Part shown: piece by piece, positions 9,968-19,831 of the stretch | Position numbering within the stretch: position 1 is the first letter of the stretch | Layout of the letters: every line of letters starts with the position of its first letter | Origin: an uncultured bacterium | GTDB lineage: Bacteria > JAHJDO01 | Assembly (NCBI GenBank): GCA_964437505.1 | Contig: CAYTGU010000009.1 | Span: 5,231 to 69,230 of the forward strand | Reading direction: 5' to 3' | Length of the DNA stretch: 64,000 bases | Position numbers and translations under genes: made by a program | Notes under the pieces: model-generated | The model's database searches: none | What the model saw: only the letters and a program-made list of their open reading frames with translations | What the model was told of the DNA's origin: nothing

Positions 9968-10411
9968 TCAAGAATAACTCCCGGATATATAGTTTTTCAT
10001 GTGTTTGTTCTCTGTAACAGCATCATTTAAAAGCATCTTGACAATATCCCCAATAGAGACAATGCCCAGCAGTTTCTCATTATCCATTATAGGAATATGC
10101 CTAATCTTGCTATTAGTCATATTTTCCATAATTGCTTCGATTTTATCTTCTATTGTAGCAGTGATAAGTTTGTCTTTTGGTGTCATGATGTCCTTTACAA
10201 GCATGTTGCACATTTGCCCTTTTGTATCAAACGCTGCATGCAATATATCTCTCTCGGAAACAATTCCGTGAATATTGTTCTCCTTGTCAATAACCATTAA
10301 TGCGCCTATACATTTCTCATTTAACAATTTTATGCAATCACACAAAGGTTTATCCGGCTGGATCTGGAAAACAATACTTCCCTTTTGCTCTAGTATAGAT
10401 TTAATACTCAT
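9968..10411 (-). CDS. CBS domain pair protein
   Basis: 147 aa, two CBS motifs (GALMVIDKENNIHGIVSERD; HIPIMDNEKLLGIVSIGD). Confidence 0.65.
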   Translation of the reverse strand: MSIKSILEQKGSIVFQIQPDKPLCDCIKLLNEKCIGALMVIDKENNIHGIVSERDILHAAFDTKGQMCNMLVKDIMTPKDKLITATIEDKIEAIMENMTNSKIRHIPIMDNEKLLGIVSIGDIVKMLLNDAVTENKHMKNYISGSYS

Positions 10412-10432
10412 TTAGAACTCCTTTCATTTTAT

Positions 10433-12241
10433 TTATTTTTTCGGAGATGCGTCTTTCTTATTTGTGTATGTCGTATGCAGAAGATGATGAGATTTTTTCC
10501 CGAGCGGCTTTATAAGAAATTCTTCATATAGCTCCTTTACTGCAGGACTTTCGTGAGATTTTCTTAGTTTTCTGCCTTCATCTTCTTTGTATATTGCCTT
10601 TATTCTTGCCTGTCTTACTTCGTTAGTTGTCATTCTCGGCTGTCCGCCTCCACCAATACAGCCTCCGGGACATGCCATGATTTCTATAAAGTGATAGGAT
10701 TTTTTGCCGCTTTTTATTGATTCTATTAGTTTCTTTGCATTTCCAAGACCATGAGCAACAGCAACATTTAATGTAACACCTTCAAGAAATCTCCAATCTT
10801 GTGTTGTGCCTTCTATCTTGAGAGACGCTTCCTTTAGGCCGTCAAGCCCCTGAATGGGAGTAACATGCAATTTATTAAAGGGCAATTCTTTCCCTGTAAC
10901 AATTTCATACGCCGTCCTAAGAGCTGCTTCCATAACTCCGCCGGTATTTGCGAATATATCCGCAGCACCTGTTGATATGCCAAGAGGAGCATCCATTTCC
11001 TCATCAGGAAGATTCACAAAGTCTATGCCAGCCTGCTTGATAAACCTACCTAATTCTCTTGTTGTCAGCACATAATCAACGTCCTTAACTCCGCTGTCGT
11101 TCATCTCCTCACGATTGCACTCAAATTTCTTGGCAGTACACGGCATTATAGATACTACAACTATCTCCTCTTTTTTCTTGCCAATTTTATTTGCATAGTA
11201 TGTTTTTGCAACAGCTCCGAACATCTGCTGAGGAGACTTGCAGGTGGATATATTTGGAATTAATTCCGGATAGAAATTCTCCATGTAATTTATCCATCCG
11301 GGCGAACATGATGTAAACATAGGCAAAGCCACATTTTTATCTTTATCAACCAATGCCTTCTTCAATCTTGTAAGAAGCTCTGTTCCTTCCTCCAGAATAG
11401 TCAGATCAGCAGTAAAGTTAGTATCAAACACCTTGTCAAAACCAAGCCTTTTGAGAGCTGCAGTCATTTTACCTTTTATCAAAGTACCCGGTTCTAAATC
11501 AAAACATTCTCCCAGAGCAGCCCTGATTGCAGGAGCAGTCTGAACAACCACAAACTTGTTCGGATCATCAATCGCTTCCCACACTTTGTCAATATCGTCC
11601 TTTTCACTTATTGCTCCGACAGGACAAACAGCGGCGCATTGTCCGCACTGAACACAAACAGCCTCTTTAAGCGTATCAAACTGCCCGGGAGCTATAATCG
11701 TATCAAATCCGCGCGCTCTTGGAGCTAATGTATCTACTCCCTGGACATCCTGGCATACACTGACGCATCTTCTGCAAAGAATACACTTATTAGGATCTCT
11801 GACAATGCCGGGAGTGCTTTCATCTAGAGGCATTCTCTCTCTTACGGATTGAAATCTGACTTCCTTAATACCATATTCATCTGCTAATTTTTGAAGTTCG
11901 CAAGTCTGATTGCGGTCGCAAGTATTGCATTCCCATGGATGGTCGCTTAAAAGCAGCTCCAATATTATCTTTCTGGCATCACGCACTTTTTTGGTGTTAG
12001 TGTGGATCTTCATGCCTTCAGAAACCTTTGTTACACATGAGGGTTGAAGCGCTTTAGCTCCTTCTACTTCTACAACACACATCCTGCAAGATCCGGGACT
12101 CTGAAGATTCTCCAGATAACATAAAGTAGGTACTTTTATTCCTATCTTTTTAGCAGCATCCAGAATCGTTGTATCTTCTGAAACTTTCACTTGGGTATTA
12201 TTTACTGTAACGTTCAGCATTTCTTTTGTCTCCTTATCCAT
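10433..12241 (-). CDS. hydA: [FeFe] hydrogenase catalytic subunit (HydA/HndD-like, M3 architecture)
   Basis: N-terminal 2Fe-2S ferredoxin domain, a His-ligated cluster (HPWECNTC), two 4Fe-4S ferredoxin motifs and the H-cluster motifs L1 FTSCSPGW, L2 MPCTAKKFE and L3 EIMACPGGCIGGGGQP. L1 is non-canonical. Confidence 0.85.
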   Translation of the reverse strand: MDKETKEMLNVTVNNTQVKVSEDTTILDAAKKIGIKVPTLCYLENLQSPGSCRMCVVEVEGAKALQPSCVTKVSEGMKIHTNTKKVRDARKIILELLLSDHPWECNTCDRNQTCELQKLADEYGIKEVRFQSVRERMPLDESTPGIVRDPNKCILCRRCVSVCQDVQGVDTLAPRARGFDTIIAPGQFDTLKEAVCVQCGQCAAVCPVGAISEKDDIDKVWEAIDDPNKFVVVQTAPAIRAALGECFDLEPGTLIKGKMTAALKRLGFDKVFDTNFTADLTILEEGTELLTRLKKALVDKDKNVALPMFTSCSPGWINYMENFYPELIPNISTCKSPQQMFGAVAKTYYANKIGKKKEEIVVVSIMPCTAKKFECNREEMNDSGVKDVDYVLTTRELGRFIKQAGIDFVNLPDEEMDAPLGISTGAADIFANTGGVMEAALRTAYEIVTGKELPFNKLHVTPIQGLDGLKEASLKIEGTTQDWRFLEGVTLNVAVAHGLGNAKKLIESIKSGKKSYHFIEIMACPGGCIGGGGQPRMTTNEVRQARIKAIYKEDEGRKLRKSHESPAVKELYEEFLIKPLGKKSHHLLHTTYTNKKDASPKK

Positions 12242-12243
12242 TT

Positions 12244-13887
12244 TTAAGAATAGTTTAATACTATGTTAGGGTTTTCTCTGGTTACTGGTTCATGCTTTTT
12301 ATCAGGATTTACTCCTCGGGCAAGTTCCTTTCCAAAATACTTTAGAGCAGAAAGAACAGGTGAAGCAACAGACTGCCCCATAGGACAAAAAGCTGTAAGC
12401 TTAAGTTCCTCAGCCAGCACTTTTATAGTTTCAAGCTCGTCAAAATAGGCTTCCTGTTTTTCCAGACGTTTGAAAGCGTTATACATCTGTTTTGTACCAA
12501 TTCTGCATACAGAACATTTCCCGCATGACTCATGAATAAAGAATTTCATGCAGCAAGTCAATAAATCCGCAATTGAAACTGTCTCGTTCATGATCAATAT
12601 TGCGCCTGAACCCAGATTATGGCCCAGTGCCTGAAGTGATTTATACTCAAGCGGTTCATCCAGAAGAGCTGATGAAACAATATCCCCGGCAGTTCCTCCT
12701 ATTTGAGCCATTTTAAACTTACCGGAAGACATACCTCCTGCATAATCATAAATAATCTCTCGAAGAGTGATTCCCATAGGAACTTCAATCAAGCCGGGAC
12801 GTTTTATATGGCCCAATATGGTATAGACTTTAGTTCCTGGAGTGCTTTCTGTTCCAAACTTTCTAAACCAGTCAGATCCATTTAATATAATAGGAGCTAT
12901 ATTAGCAAAGGTTTCAACATTATTTACGTTTGTTGGCTTGGATAAAAATCCTGATTCAGCAGGGAATGGTGGCTTAAGCCTTGGCTCGCCTCTTAATCCT
13001 TCCATTGAATTCAGAAGAGCTGTTTCTTCTCCGCAAACATAAGAACCTGCTCCAATCTTAATCTTTACATTAAAATCAAAATTCGTGTCGAAAATATTCT
13101 TGCCTAATAGTCCTAATTTCTCAGCATCCTTTATGGCTTTTGTTAATCTTTGAATAGAAAGCTGATATTCTCCGCGAATATAAATGTAAGCAGTATCAGC
13201 TCCTATTGCGTATCCGCAAAGCGCCATACCTTCCAGAACCTTATGAGGGTCTCCCTCCATAATCAATCGATCCTTAAAAGTGCCTGGCTCTCCCTCATCT
13301 GCATTGCATATAACATATTTTTGAGTCTCTTTCGATGCTCTGGCAAATGACCATTTCAAACCTGTTGGAAATCCTGCGCCTCCTCTTCCTACAAGTCCGG
13401 AATCCTTTACTATCTTAATAATATCTTCGGGCGTTTTTTCCTCTAGAGCCATACCTAACGCTTCATATCCGCCTGCTCCAATATATTCCTCAATATCTTC
13501 AGGGTTAATTTTTCCGCAGTTCTCAAGAACAATTCGACCGTGATGCTGTGTCTTTCTGGAGTCGTAATCTGTGATATCTATTCCCGAATTAAGTTTTTCC
13601 ACCAGAAGTAATTTTTTATAGGGTCTGCCCTTAATAAATCTCTCCCGAATAAATTCCGCAACATTCTCTTCAGTCACATTTCCGTATATCTCACCCGTAG
13701 GATATATTCCGAGAACAACTCCTTTGTTGACAGGTCCAATGCTTCCCGTCTCTACAACCTGGATTTGAGAGGAAAGATCTTGTTTGTTTATTTCAGCAAT
13801 CAATTTGCTTTTTATTTTTCTTGCCCCCAAAACGACGGTGTCGCCATCTATACCAACTAAAATCTGAGCAATGTTTACTTTTGACAT
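12244..13887 (-). CDS. NuoF-like flavoprotein subunit 1 (NADH-binding, FMN, 4Fe-4S) of the hydrogenase
   Basis: GRGGAGFPTGLKW FMN/NADH motifs and ESCGKCSVCRIG. The N-terminal thioredoxin-like domain is present but all 2Fe-2S cysteines are lost; no C-terminal ferredoxin domains. Confidence 0.8.
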   Translation of the reverse strand: MSKVNIAQILVGIDGDTVVLGARKIKSKLIAEINKQDLSSQIQVVETGSIGPVNKGVVLGIYPTGEIYGNVTEENVAEFIRERFIKGRPYKKLLLVEKLNSGIDITDYDSRKTQHHGRIVLENCGKINPEDIEEYIGAGGYEALGMALEEKTPEDIIKIVKDSGLVGRGGAGFPTGLKWSFARASKETQKYVICNADEGEPGTFKDRLIMEGDPHKVLEGMALCGYAIGADTAYIYIRGEYQLSIQRLTKAIKDAEKLGLLGKNIFDTNFDFNVKIKIGAGSYVCGEETALLNSMEGLRGEPRLKPPFPAESGFLSKPTNVNNVETFANIAPIILNGSDWFRKFGTESTPGTKVYTILGHIKRPGLIEVPMGITLREIIYDYAGGMSSGKFKMAQIGGTAGDIVSSALLDEPLEYKSLQALGHNLGSGAILIMNETVSIADLLTCCMKFFIHESCGKCSVCRIGTKQMYNAFKRLEKQEAYFDELETIKVLAEELKLTAFCPMGQSVASPVLSALKYFGKELARGVNPDKKHEPVTRENPNIVLNYS

Positions 13888-13890
13888 AGA

Positions 13891-14355
13891 TTATTTCCTT
13901 TCTTTTTTTTGAATTTGGCTCAAGATTTCACATATTTTTGCTTCGTTTAAATTGCCGTAAGCTTCCTCGTTAATCATCATAGCAGGCGCAACTCCGCAAA
14001 TCCCAAGACAGCTTGTTCCCTCCAATGTAAAAAGACCATCATCAGTTGTTTCTCCGACTTTAACTCCCAATTTTGATTCTATAGCTTCGAAAATAGTTTG
14101 CGCACCTAGCACATGACATGGAGGACTCTCGCAAACTCTAATTACATATTTACCGCGTGGAGTGAAACTAAACATGGTGTAAAAAGAAGCAGTCCCCTTA
14201 ATTTCGGATACAGATATAATCATTTCTCTACTTAGCGTATTAATATCTTCTTCCGTAATGTAGTTCTTCGGATTTTTGCTCTGAATGTCATGCAGTATCT
14301 GCAATAAATTCTCTTTTTTATTCCCGTATTTTTTAGCAATTTCTTTTGTTGTCAT
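13891..14355 (-). CDS. NuoE-like thioredoxin-like [2Fe-2S] subunit 1
   Basis: CESPPCHVLG...CLGICGVAPAMMIN motif of NuoE/HndA/HydC. Confidence 0.8.
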   Translation of the reverse strand: MTTKEIAKKYGNKKENLLQILHDIQSKNPKNYITEEDINTLSREMIISVSEIKGTASFYTMFSFTPRGKYVIRVCESPPCHVLGAQTIFEAIESKLGVKVGETTDDGLFTLEGTSCLGICGVAPAMMINEEAYGNLNEAKICEILSQIQKKERK

Positions 14356-17342
14356 AGTTCTTCCTCTTCTTTTTTATACTCACAACGCAGACATCTCTCT
14401 GCTTCTTTGCAGGCAGTCTTTTTGCTCCATGTTTTTTCAACTTCAGTAAAAGATTTTCTCTCTTTTAAAGAAATTAAAATGTTATTTGCTCTGTTATGAC
14501 TAACAGGTTCTTCTTCCGGGTCAAAGTCAACTTCAATTGGATCCATAATATTCCATGGATATTCTTCTCTGCCGCCGGTTAAATATTTATCAATAGCCTC
14601 TGCTGCTATCTGAGCCTCTCCAATTGCCTCTACTACTGTAGAAGGACCTGTTACCACATCACCACCGGCAAACATATCTTTCATTAACTCTTTATCGAAT
14701 AAAGCGCCGTGAGACGGTTTCTGCCCGATAGCCAAAATTAATGAATCAATTTTCTTAGCAAAAGAAGATGCTTCTATCTCAACAGGTCTTCGTCTGCCTG
14801 ATTTATCAAATTCGCTAAGTCTCATCTTTACAAACTCAACTTCTAACCTATTATTAATTGACCTGACTGATTTAATATTTTGAAGAAGCTGTATTTTTAT
14901 CCCCTCGTTTTCCGCCTCCTTAATTTCCTCTATTTCTGCAGGCATTTCTTCTCTGGTTCTGCGATATACTATAGTCACATCTGCGCCAAGTCGTTTTGCT
15001 GTTCTCGCAGCATCAATTGCTGTGTTTCCTCCGCCAATAACTACTGTTTCCTTTCCTACTTCTACTTTTTCCTCGTTATTTACTTTATACAGAAAATCCA
15101 ATCCGGTCATAACTTTTCCATTATCTATTCCTTCAATGCGAGGCATAATGGAATTTCCTGCGCCGGTAGCAATATAAAAGGACTTAAAGCCCTGTTTCCT
15201 AAGCTCATCAATGCTGATATCCTTGCCTACGTTCGTACCAGTTTTTATTTTTACCCCATATTCACATAAAGCCTGAATTTCTTTCTCCACAATATTATTA
15301 GGTAGTCTATAAGAAGGAATAGCGTATGTAAGCATTCCTCCTGCTTTGGGCTCAGATTCAAAAACAGTGACATCATATCCAAGCATAGTTAAAAAATAGG
15401 CATTGGATAGACCCGATGGGCCTGAACCGACTACGGCAACCTTTATTCCATTAGAATTCTGCTTTTCAGGAAAACATTCCAGGTAATCTTCTATTGAATC
15501 CGCCATAAAACGCTTTACAGAACGAATGCTTACCGCTGAATCAATATCGTTTCTTCTGCATTTAGATTCACACTGGTGAGGACATACACGTCCGCAGACT
15601 GCAGGAAACGGATTAGTTTTTAAATGAACCTTTAAAGCCCGCTTAAAATCACCCTCTTTTGTATATGCGAGATAAGCCGGTACATTTACTGATGCGGGAC
15701 AGATATTAGAGCACGGAGCATATACTAATTTTGAACATACTCCTGCGCGGCACTTTTTATCCCGGATATGTTCAATATATTCTTCTCTAAAATATCTTAA
15801 AGTAGATAAAATCGGATTAGGAGCGGTTTGACCTAAACCACAAAGAGCAGTCTGTTTTATCTGATAGGATAATTCTTCAAGGATATTTAGGTCATCCATT
15901 CTTCCTTTTCCGTCACAGATCCTTGTAAGAATGTCCAGCATAATTCGTGTTCCTTGACGGCATGGAGTACATTTTCCGCACGATTCTTCCTGAATGAATT
16001 CCATGAAATAGCGCGCCAGATCAACCATGCAGGTATCTTCATCCATAACAATTAATCCGCCGGAACCCATAATAGCGCCGAGTTCTTGTAATGATTCGTA
16101 GTCAACAGGAACGTTTAAGTGTTGAATAGGAATACATCCGCCGGAAGGGCCTCCGATCTGCACTGCTTTTAATTTTTTATTATTTGGAATACCTCCCCCG
16201 ATATCATAGATGATTGTTCCCAACGGCATTCCAATAGGTACTTCAATAAGACCTGTATTGTTTATATCTCCTGCTAGAGCAAAAACTTTTGTTCCTCTGC
16301 TTTTTTCGGTTCCAACAGAAGCAAAATCATCGGCTCCCTGTAAAATTATATAAGGAATATTCGCAAAAGTTTCGACATTGTTTAGCACTGTTGGGCAGTC
16401 GAAAAGTCCCTTCTGAGCAGGGAATGGGGGTTTAGGACGCGGTTCTCCTCTCATGCCTTCTATTGAACGCATGAGTGCAGTTTCCTCTCCGCACACAAAA
16501 GCACCTGCACCCATCCTGATTTCCATATCAAAATTAAAATCTGTTCCAAGAATATTTTTACCGAGAAGACCATTCTCTCTTGCCTGCTCAATGGCAAGTG
16601 ATAGTCTTTCCACTGCCAGTGGATATTCTGCGCGGACATATACATATCCCTGATCAGCACCAATAGCATATCCGCATATCATCATGGCTTCCATGACGCT
16701 GTGAGGATCCCCTTCCAAAATACTTCTATCCATAAATGCCCCGGGGTCGCCTTCATCAGCATTACACACCACATATTTCTGTTTACCTTTGGATGCAGCA
16801 GTAAAGCCCCACTTCAAACCGGTTGGAAATCCTGCTCCCCCACGTCCCCTAAGCCCTGATCTTTTGATTTCTTCTATTACTTCAGGCGGAGTCATTTCTG
16901 TCAATGCTTTTCCAAGAGCCATATATCCGTCAGCAGCAATATACTCCTCAATATCAAGCGGATTGATAATCCCGCAATTCCTGAGGGCTGTTTTTTTCTG
17001 AAGCTTGAAGAAATCAATATCATTGAACATTTCCACCATTTCTTTTGTTTTTGGTTTTTTGTAAAAGAGACGTTTAACTACTCTTCCCTTTAGCAAATGT
17101 TCACGGACAATTTCTTCCGCATCTTCAGGTTTAACTTTCTGGTAAAATACTCCGTCTGGATAAACAATCATAACCGGACCTAACTCACAGGTTCCCATGC
17201 ATCCGGTAGTAATAACATCAACTTCATTTTGAAGACCCACTTTGTTTATTGCTTTCTCCATTGCTCCCTTAACGCTCTCTGCACCGGAAGAAATACAGGC
17301 GCCTCCATAACAAAGAAGAACATGTGTTCTTAAATTATACAT
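14352..17342 (-). CDS. fusion protein: thioredoxin-like 2Fe-2S domain + NuoF-like flavoprotein + 2x[4Fe-4S] + GltD/NfnB-like FAD/NAD(P)H oxidoreductase domain
   Basis: 996 aa. Residues ~1-90 carry CYGGAC...GCMGTC; ~150-560 are NuoF-like (GRGGAGFPTGLKW, ESCGKCTPCRQG); then come two ferredoxin-like Cys clusters; the C-terminal ~400 aa have VAVVGSGPSGL and GGGNTAIDAART dinucleotide-binding motifs, as in glutamate synthase beta or NfnB. Confidence 0.75.
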   Translation of the reverse strand: MYNLRTHVLLCYGGACISSGAESVKGAMEKAINKVGLQNEVDVITTGCMGTCELGPVMIVYPDGVFYQKVKPEDAEEIVREHLLKGRVVKRLFYKKPKTKEMVEMFNDIDFFKLQKKTALRNCGIINPLDIEEYIAADGYMALGKALTEMTPPEVIEEIKRSGLRGRGGAGFPTGLKWGFTAASKGKQKYVVCNADEGDPGAFMDRSILEGDPHSVMEAMMICGYAIGADQGYVYVRAEYPLAVERLSLAIEQARENGLLGKNILGTDFNFDMEIRMGAGAFVCGEETALMRSIEGMRGEPRPKPPFPAQKGLFDCPTVLNNVETFANIPYIILQGADDFASVGTEKSRGTKVFALAGDINNTGLIEVPIGMPLGTIIYDIGGGIPNNKKLKAVQIGGPSGGCIPIQHLNVPVDYESLQELGAIMGSGGLIVMDEDTCMVDLARYFMEFIQEESCGKCTPCRQGTRIMLDILTRICDGKGRMDDLNILEELSYQIKQTALCGLGQTAPNPILSTLRYFREEYIEHIRDKKCRAGVCSKLVYAPCSNICPASVNVPAYLAYTKEGDFKRALKVHLKTNPFPAVCGRVCPHQCESKCRRNDIDSAVSIRSVKRFMADSIEDYLECFPEKQNSNGIKVAVVGSGPSGLSNAYFLTMLGYDVTVFESEPKAGGMLTYAIPSYRLPNNIVEKEIQALCEYGVKIKTGTNVGKDISIDELRKQGFKSFYIATGAGNSIMPRIEGIDNGKVMTGLDFLYKVNNEEKVEVGKETVVIGGGNTAIDAARTAKRLGADVTIVYRRTREEMPAEIEEIKEAENEGIKIQLLQNIKSVRSINNRLEVEFVKMRLSEFDKSGRRRPVEIEASSFAKKIDSLILAIGQKPSHGALFDKELMKDMFAGGDVVTGPSTVVEAIGEAQIAAEAIDKYLTGGREEYPWNIMDPIEVDFDPEEEPVSHNRANNILISLKERKSFTEVEKTWSKKTACKEAERCLRCEYKKEEEEL

Positions 17343-17357
17343 AATGATATTCCCGCC

Positions 17358-17849
17358 TTATTTATATTGTTCTAATATTTCGTTTAATTTTTTAGAAGAC
17401 ATTCTGCCATGAACATCTTTATTGATCATAATGACCGGAGCTAATCCACAGGCTCCTAAACATCTTTGCGCTCCAAGAGAAAACCTTCTATCTTCAGTAG
17501 TTTCGCCAATCTTGATACCAAGTTTTTTTTCAAGTGCTTCTAATATTTTTTTTGCGCCTCTGACATAACAAGCAGTACCCAAACATACGGTGATAGTGTG
17601 TCTGCCCGTAGGAAAAAGCTTAAAGTAGGAATAAAAAGTGACCACTCCGACAACTATACTTACAGAGATATCCATTTCTCTGGCTACAAAACTCTGTACT
17701 TCAGGCGGAAGATATCCAAATATTGTTTGAGCCATGTGAAGGACAGGAATTAAATATCCTTTTTTGTGCTTATTTACATCAATGAACTCCTTAAGTTGAG
17801 CGTACTTCTCTTTATCTGTTAGTTCCTTTTTTTTGCAAAGACATTCCAT
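17358..17849 (-). CDS. NuoE-like thioredoxin-like [2Fe-2S] subunit 2
   Basis: CLGTACYVRG...CLGACGLAPVIMIN. Confidence 0.75.
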   Translation of the reverse strand: MECLCKKKELTDKEKYAQLKEFIDVNKHKKGYLIPVLHMAQTIFGYLPPEVQSFVAREMDISVSIVVGVVTFYSYFKLFPTGRHTITVCLGTACYVRGAKKILEALEKKLGIKIGETTEDRRFSLGAQRCLGACGLAPVIMINKDVHGRMSSKKLNEILEQYK

Positions 17850-17851
17850 AA

Positions 17852-18217
17852 TTATTTTCCCTTAGAAAAAAGATATTTTCCTGCAATCTGACCATTTAAA
17901 ATATGCTTCTCAAAGATTTCTTCCGCAGCTTTTAAGTCAACTTTTCCATAAACCACTGGCTCCTTATCTTCTACGTAAACCTGAATCATAGGTTCCTGTT
18001 CACAAAATCCAGCGCAACCGGAGGTGGTGATTACAATATCGTCCCTATTGCTCTTTTCAATAAGATCTGCCAGTGTGTTCATCGTTTGCCTTGCTCCAGC
18101 AGCAATACCACAGGTTGCCAAGCAAACAACAATTCTAACTTTGTGTTTTCCCGATCGCATCTGAAGATTTTTCTTTACCTTATCCCTTATCTGCTTTAGC
18201 TCTTCTAGATTTTTCAT
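17852..18217 (-). CDS. small thioredoxin-like [2Fe-2S] ferredoxin (HndB/HydD-like)
   Basis: 121 aa with CLATCGIAAG...SGCAGFCEQEP motifs. Confidence 0.65.
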   Translation of the reverse strand: MKNLEELKQIRDKVKKNLQMRSGKHKVRIVVCLATCGIAAGARQTMNTLADLIEKSNRDDIVITTSGCAGFCEQEPMIQVYVEDKEPVVYGKVDLKAAEEIFEKHILNGQIAGKYLFSKGK

Positions 18218-18783
18218 AACTCTCCTTTATATTTATTACCGAATTGTGTGTTAATACCAATTCTTTTAAGCTCTTTATCAATAGATTGATAAACGAAATT
18301 CTGTATTTCTTTATGCCGTATATCAGAAAGCCCCATAGTGTCTCTAATTTCTTTTGTATTAAGCACTTGTTCGTTTTTGCCTTTTTCTCCCTTTATTAAA
18401 ACCTCAAAATTAATTTCCGGCCATGAGCGCATAGCATCAACAAAAACTTTTGCCAGATTACCAAATGGTTTGGCATCAATATGAGAAATATCCGTCTCAA
18501 ATTTGAGAGATGTTCCGGTTCCTTTCAATTTGGAAATCCTGAGAAATCCGTCTGTATTTTCCGCTGTTTTCTTTAAAAGTGGAAGTCCTAATCCAACCTT
18601 TCGTTCTTTTCGAGAAGTTACAAACGGATCTGTCACGTCTTCACTCTTAACACCTCTGCCATTATCCTTTATTTCGCAAAAAAATATATTATTGTGAAAA
18701 TCTAGTATGACTTTAACTTCAGTTGCCCCTGCAGTAACTGAATTTTCCAAAATATCAAATAAGTGATCTGCTAAATCTTTCAT
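18214..18783 (-). CDS. GHKL/histidine kinase-like ATPase domain protein (anti-sigma-kinase-like) embedded in the hydrogenase operon
   Basis: HATPase_c-type motifs (DNGRGV; GLGLPLL); 189 aa. Confidence 0.55.
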   Translation of the reverse strand: MKDLADHLFDILENSVTAGATEVKVILDFHNNIFFCEIKDNGRGVKSEDVTDPFVTSRKERKVGLGLPLLKKTAENTDGFLRISKLKGTGTSLKFETDISHIDAKPFGNLAKVFVDAMRSWPEINFEVLIKGEKGKNEQVLNTKEIRDTMGLSDIRHKEIQNFVYQSIDKELKRIGINTQFGNKYKGEL

Positions 18784-19484
18784 TGTTTATTTTTTCCAAA
18801 GAAATTTTTCAAAGATGAAAAGTCATTAATTTCTTCATTAATATCTTCCATGAAAAAGAGCCCTATTTCATCAATAGTATGACTGTCAGAACCTGCTATT
18901 ACTGGGAAACCATCCCAAGTATTAGATAGGTGAAAACTTTCTTTTTGCCATTTGAATTTGGAAATTTCCACCGCATCAAAATCTGCTTTTGGGTCTAAAA
19001 GCCCCAATTGACTGAGCATGCTGAACCTATCTTTATCAATATGTGCAGGAACTGCCAGCCCACCTAAATTGTGAACAAGTTCAATAAGCTTATCTAATCC
19101 AATATTCAGAGCCGTCTGCCTTAATTTGTTATCAAGTTCAACAATCTCTCCATTCAAATCATAAAGCACTTGATGTCCAAAAATTTCCGAATTATTGCTT
19201 GCCTTTGGTAAATAATCATCTATTTTCTTATTTAATTTTAATAGACTTTCAGTATCAGGGAAATATGCCAAAAGATGTACTTCTTCTCTGGTTGTTAGCT
19301 CAACACCGGGAATAACCACAACCTGATCTTTTTTACTTAACTGACAGGCTGCAATTGAATGCTGAACAGCATTATGGTCAGTTATGGAAATAACGTCTAA
19401 ATTTCTTTTTGATGCCATATCTAAAATCATCCCCGGTGACATTTCATCATCACAACAAGCTGAAAGAGCAGAATGAATATGCAA
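18780..19484 (-). CDS. PHP (polymerase/histidinol phosphatase) domain protein
   Basis: N-terminal MHIHSALS...ITDHN metal-binding His motifs typical of PHP. Confidence 0.65.
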   Translation of the reverse strand: MHIHSALSACCDDEMSPGMILDMASKRNLDVISITDHNAVQHSIAACQLSKKDQVVVIPGVELTTREEVHLLAYFPDTESLLKLNKKIDDYLPKASNNSEIFGHQVLYDLNGEIVELDNKLRQTALNIGLDKLIELVHNLGGLAVPAHIDKDRFSMLSQLGLLDPKADFDAVEISKFKWQKESFHLSNTWDGFPVIAGSDSHTIDEIGLFFMEDINEEINDFSSLKNFFGKNKQ

Positions 19485-19495
19485 ATCAATCCGTT

Positions 19496-19831
19496 TCAGT
19501 TTTTAACCTCCAGCATGCCATATATTTCTCCACAAATCGTAAAGGAATCCTTTTTCGACCTTAGTAAATTAATCTTCTCTTCTTTGGCTTTTTTAATTAC
19601 CTCACGTTCAACTGGTACGTCGTTGGTAAATATTATTGCCCGAATATCCTTAATAAGAGCAACTGCGATACTGTTTTTATGAGCCTGTATAGTAATCCAG
19701 ACGCAATTCGGAACAGCATGAGCCATAACATTAGACATTAAATCGCTGCAATATCCTGTCTCAATTTCACAATCAGAACATATGGCAATTTTCTCTAATT
19801 TACATTTATCGATAATTTCAGATAGCCTCAT
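19496..19831 (-). CDS. small Cys-containing protein, possibly DRTGG-like, of the hydrogenase regulatory module
   Basis: 111 aa. Its position between the PHP and CBS-HATPase genes matches the small DRTGG-type genes of Firmicutes/Thermotogae hydrogenase operons. Weak assignment. Confidence 0.3.
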   Translation of the reverse strand: MRLSEIIDKCKLEKIAICSDCEIETGYCSDLMSNVMAHAVPNCVWITIQAHKNSIAVALIKDIRAIIFTNDVPVEREVIKKAKEEKINLLRSKKDSFTICGEIYGMLEVKN

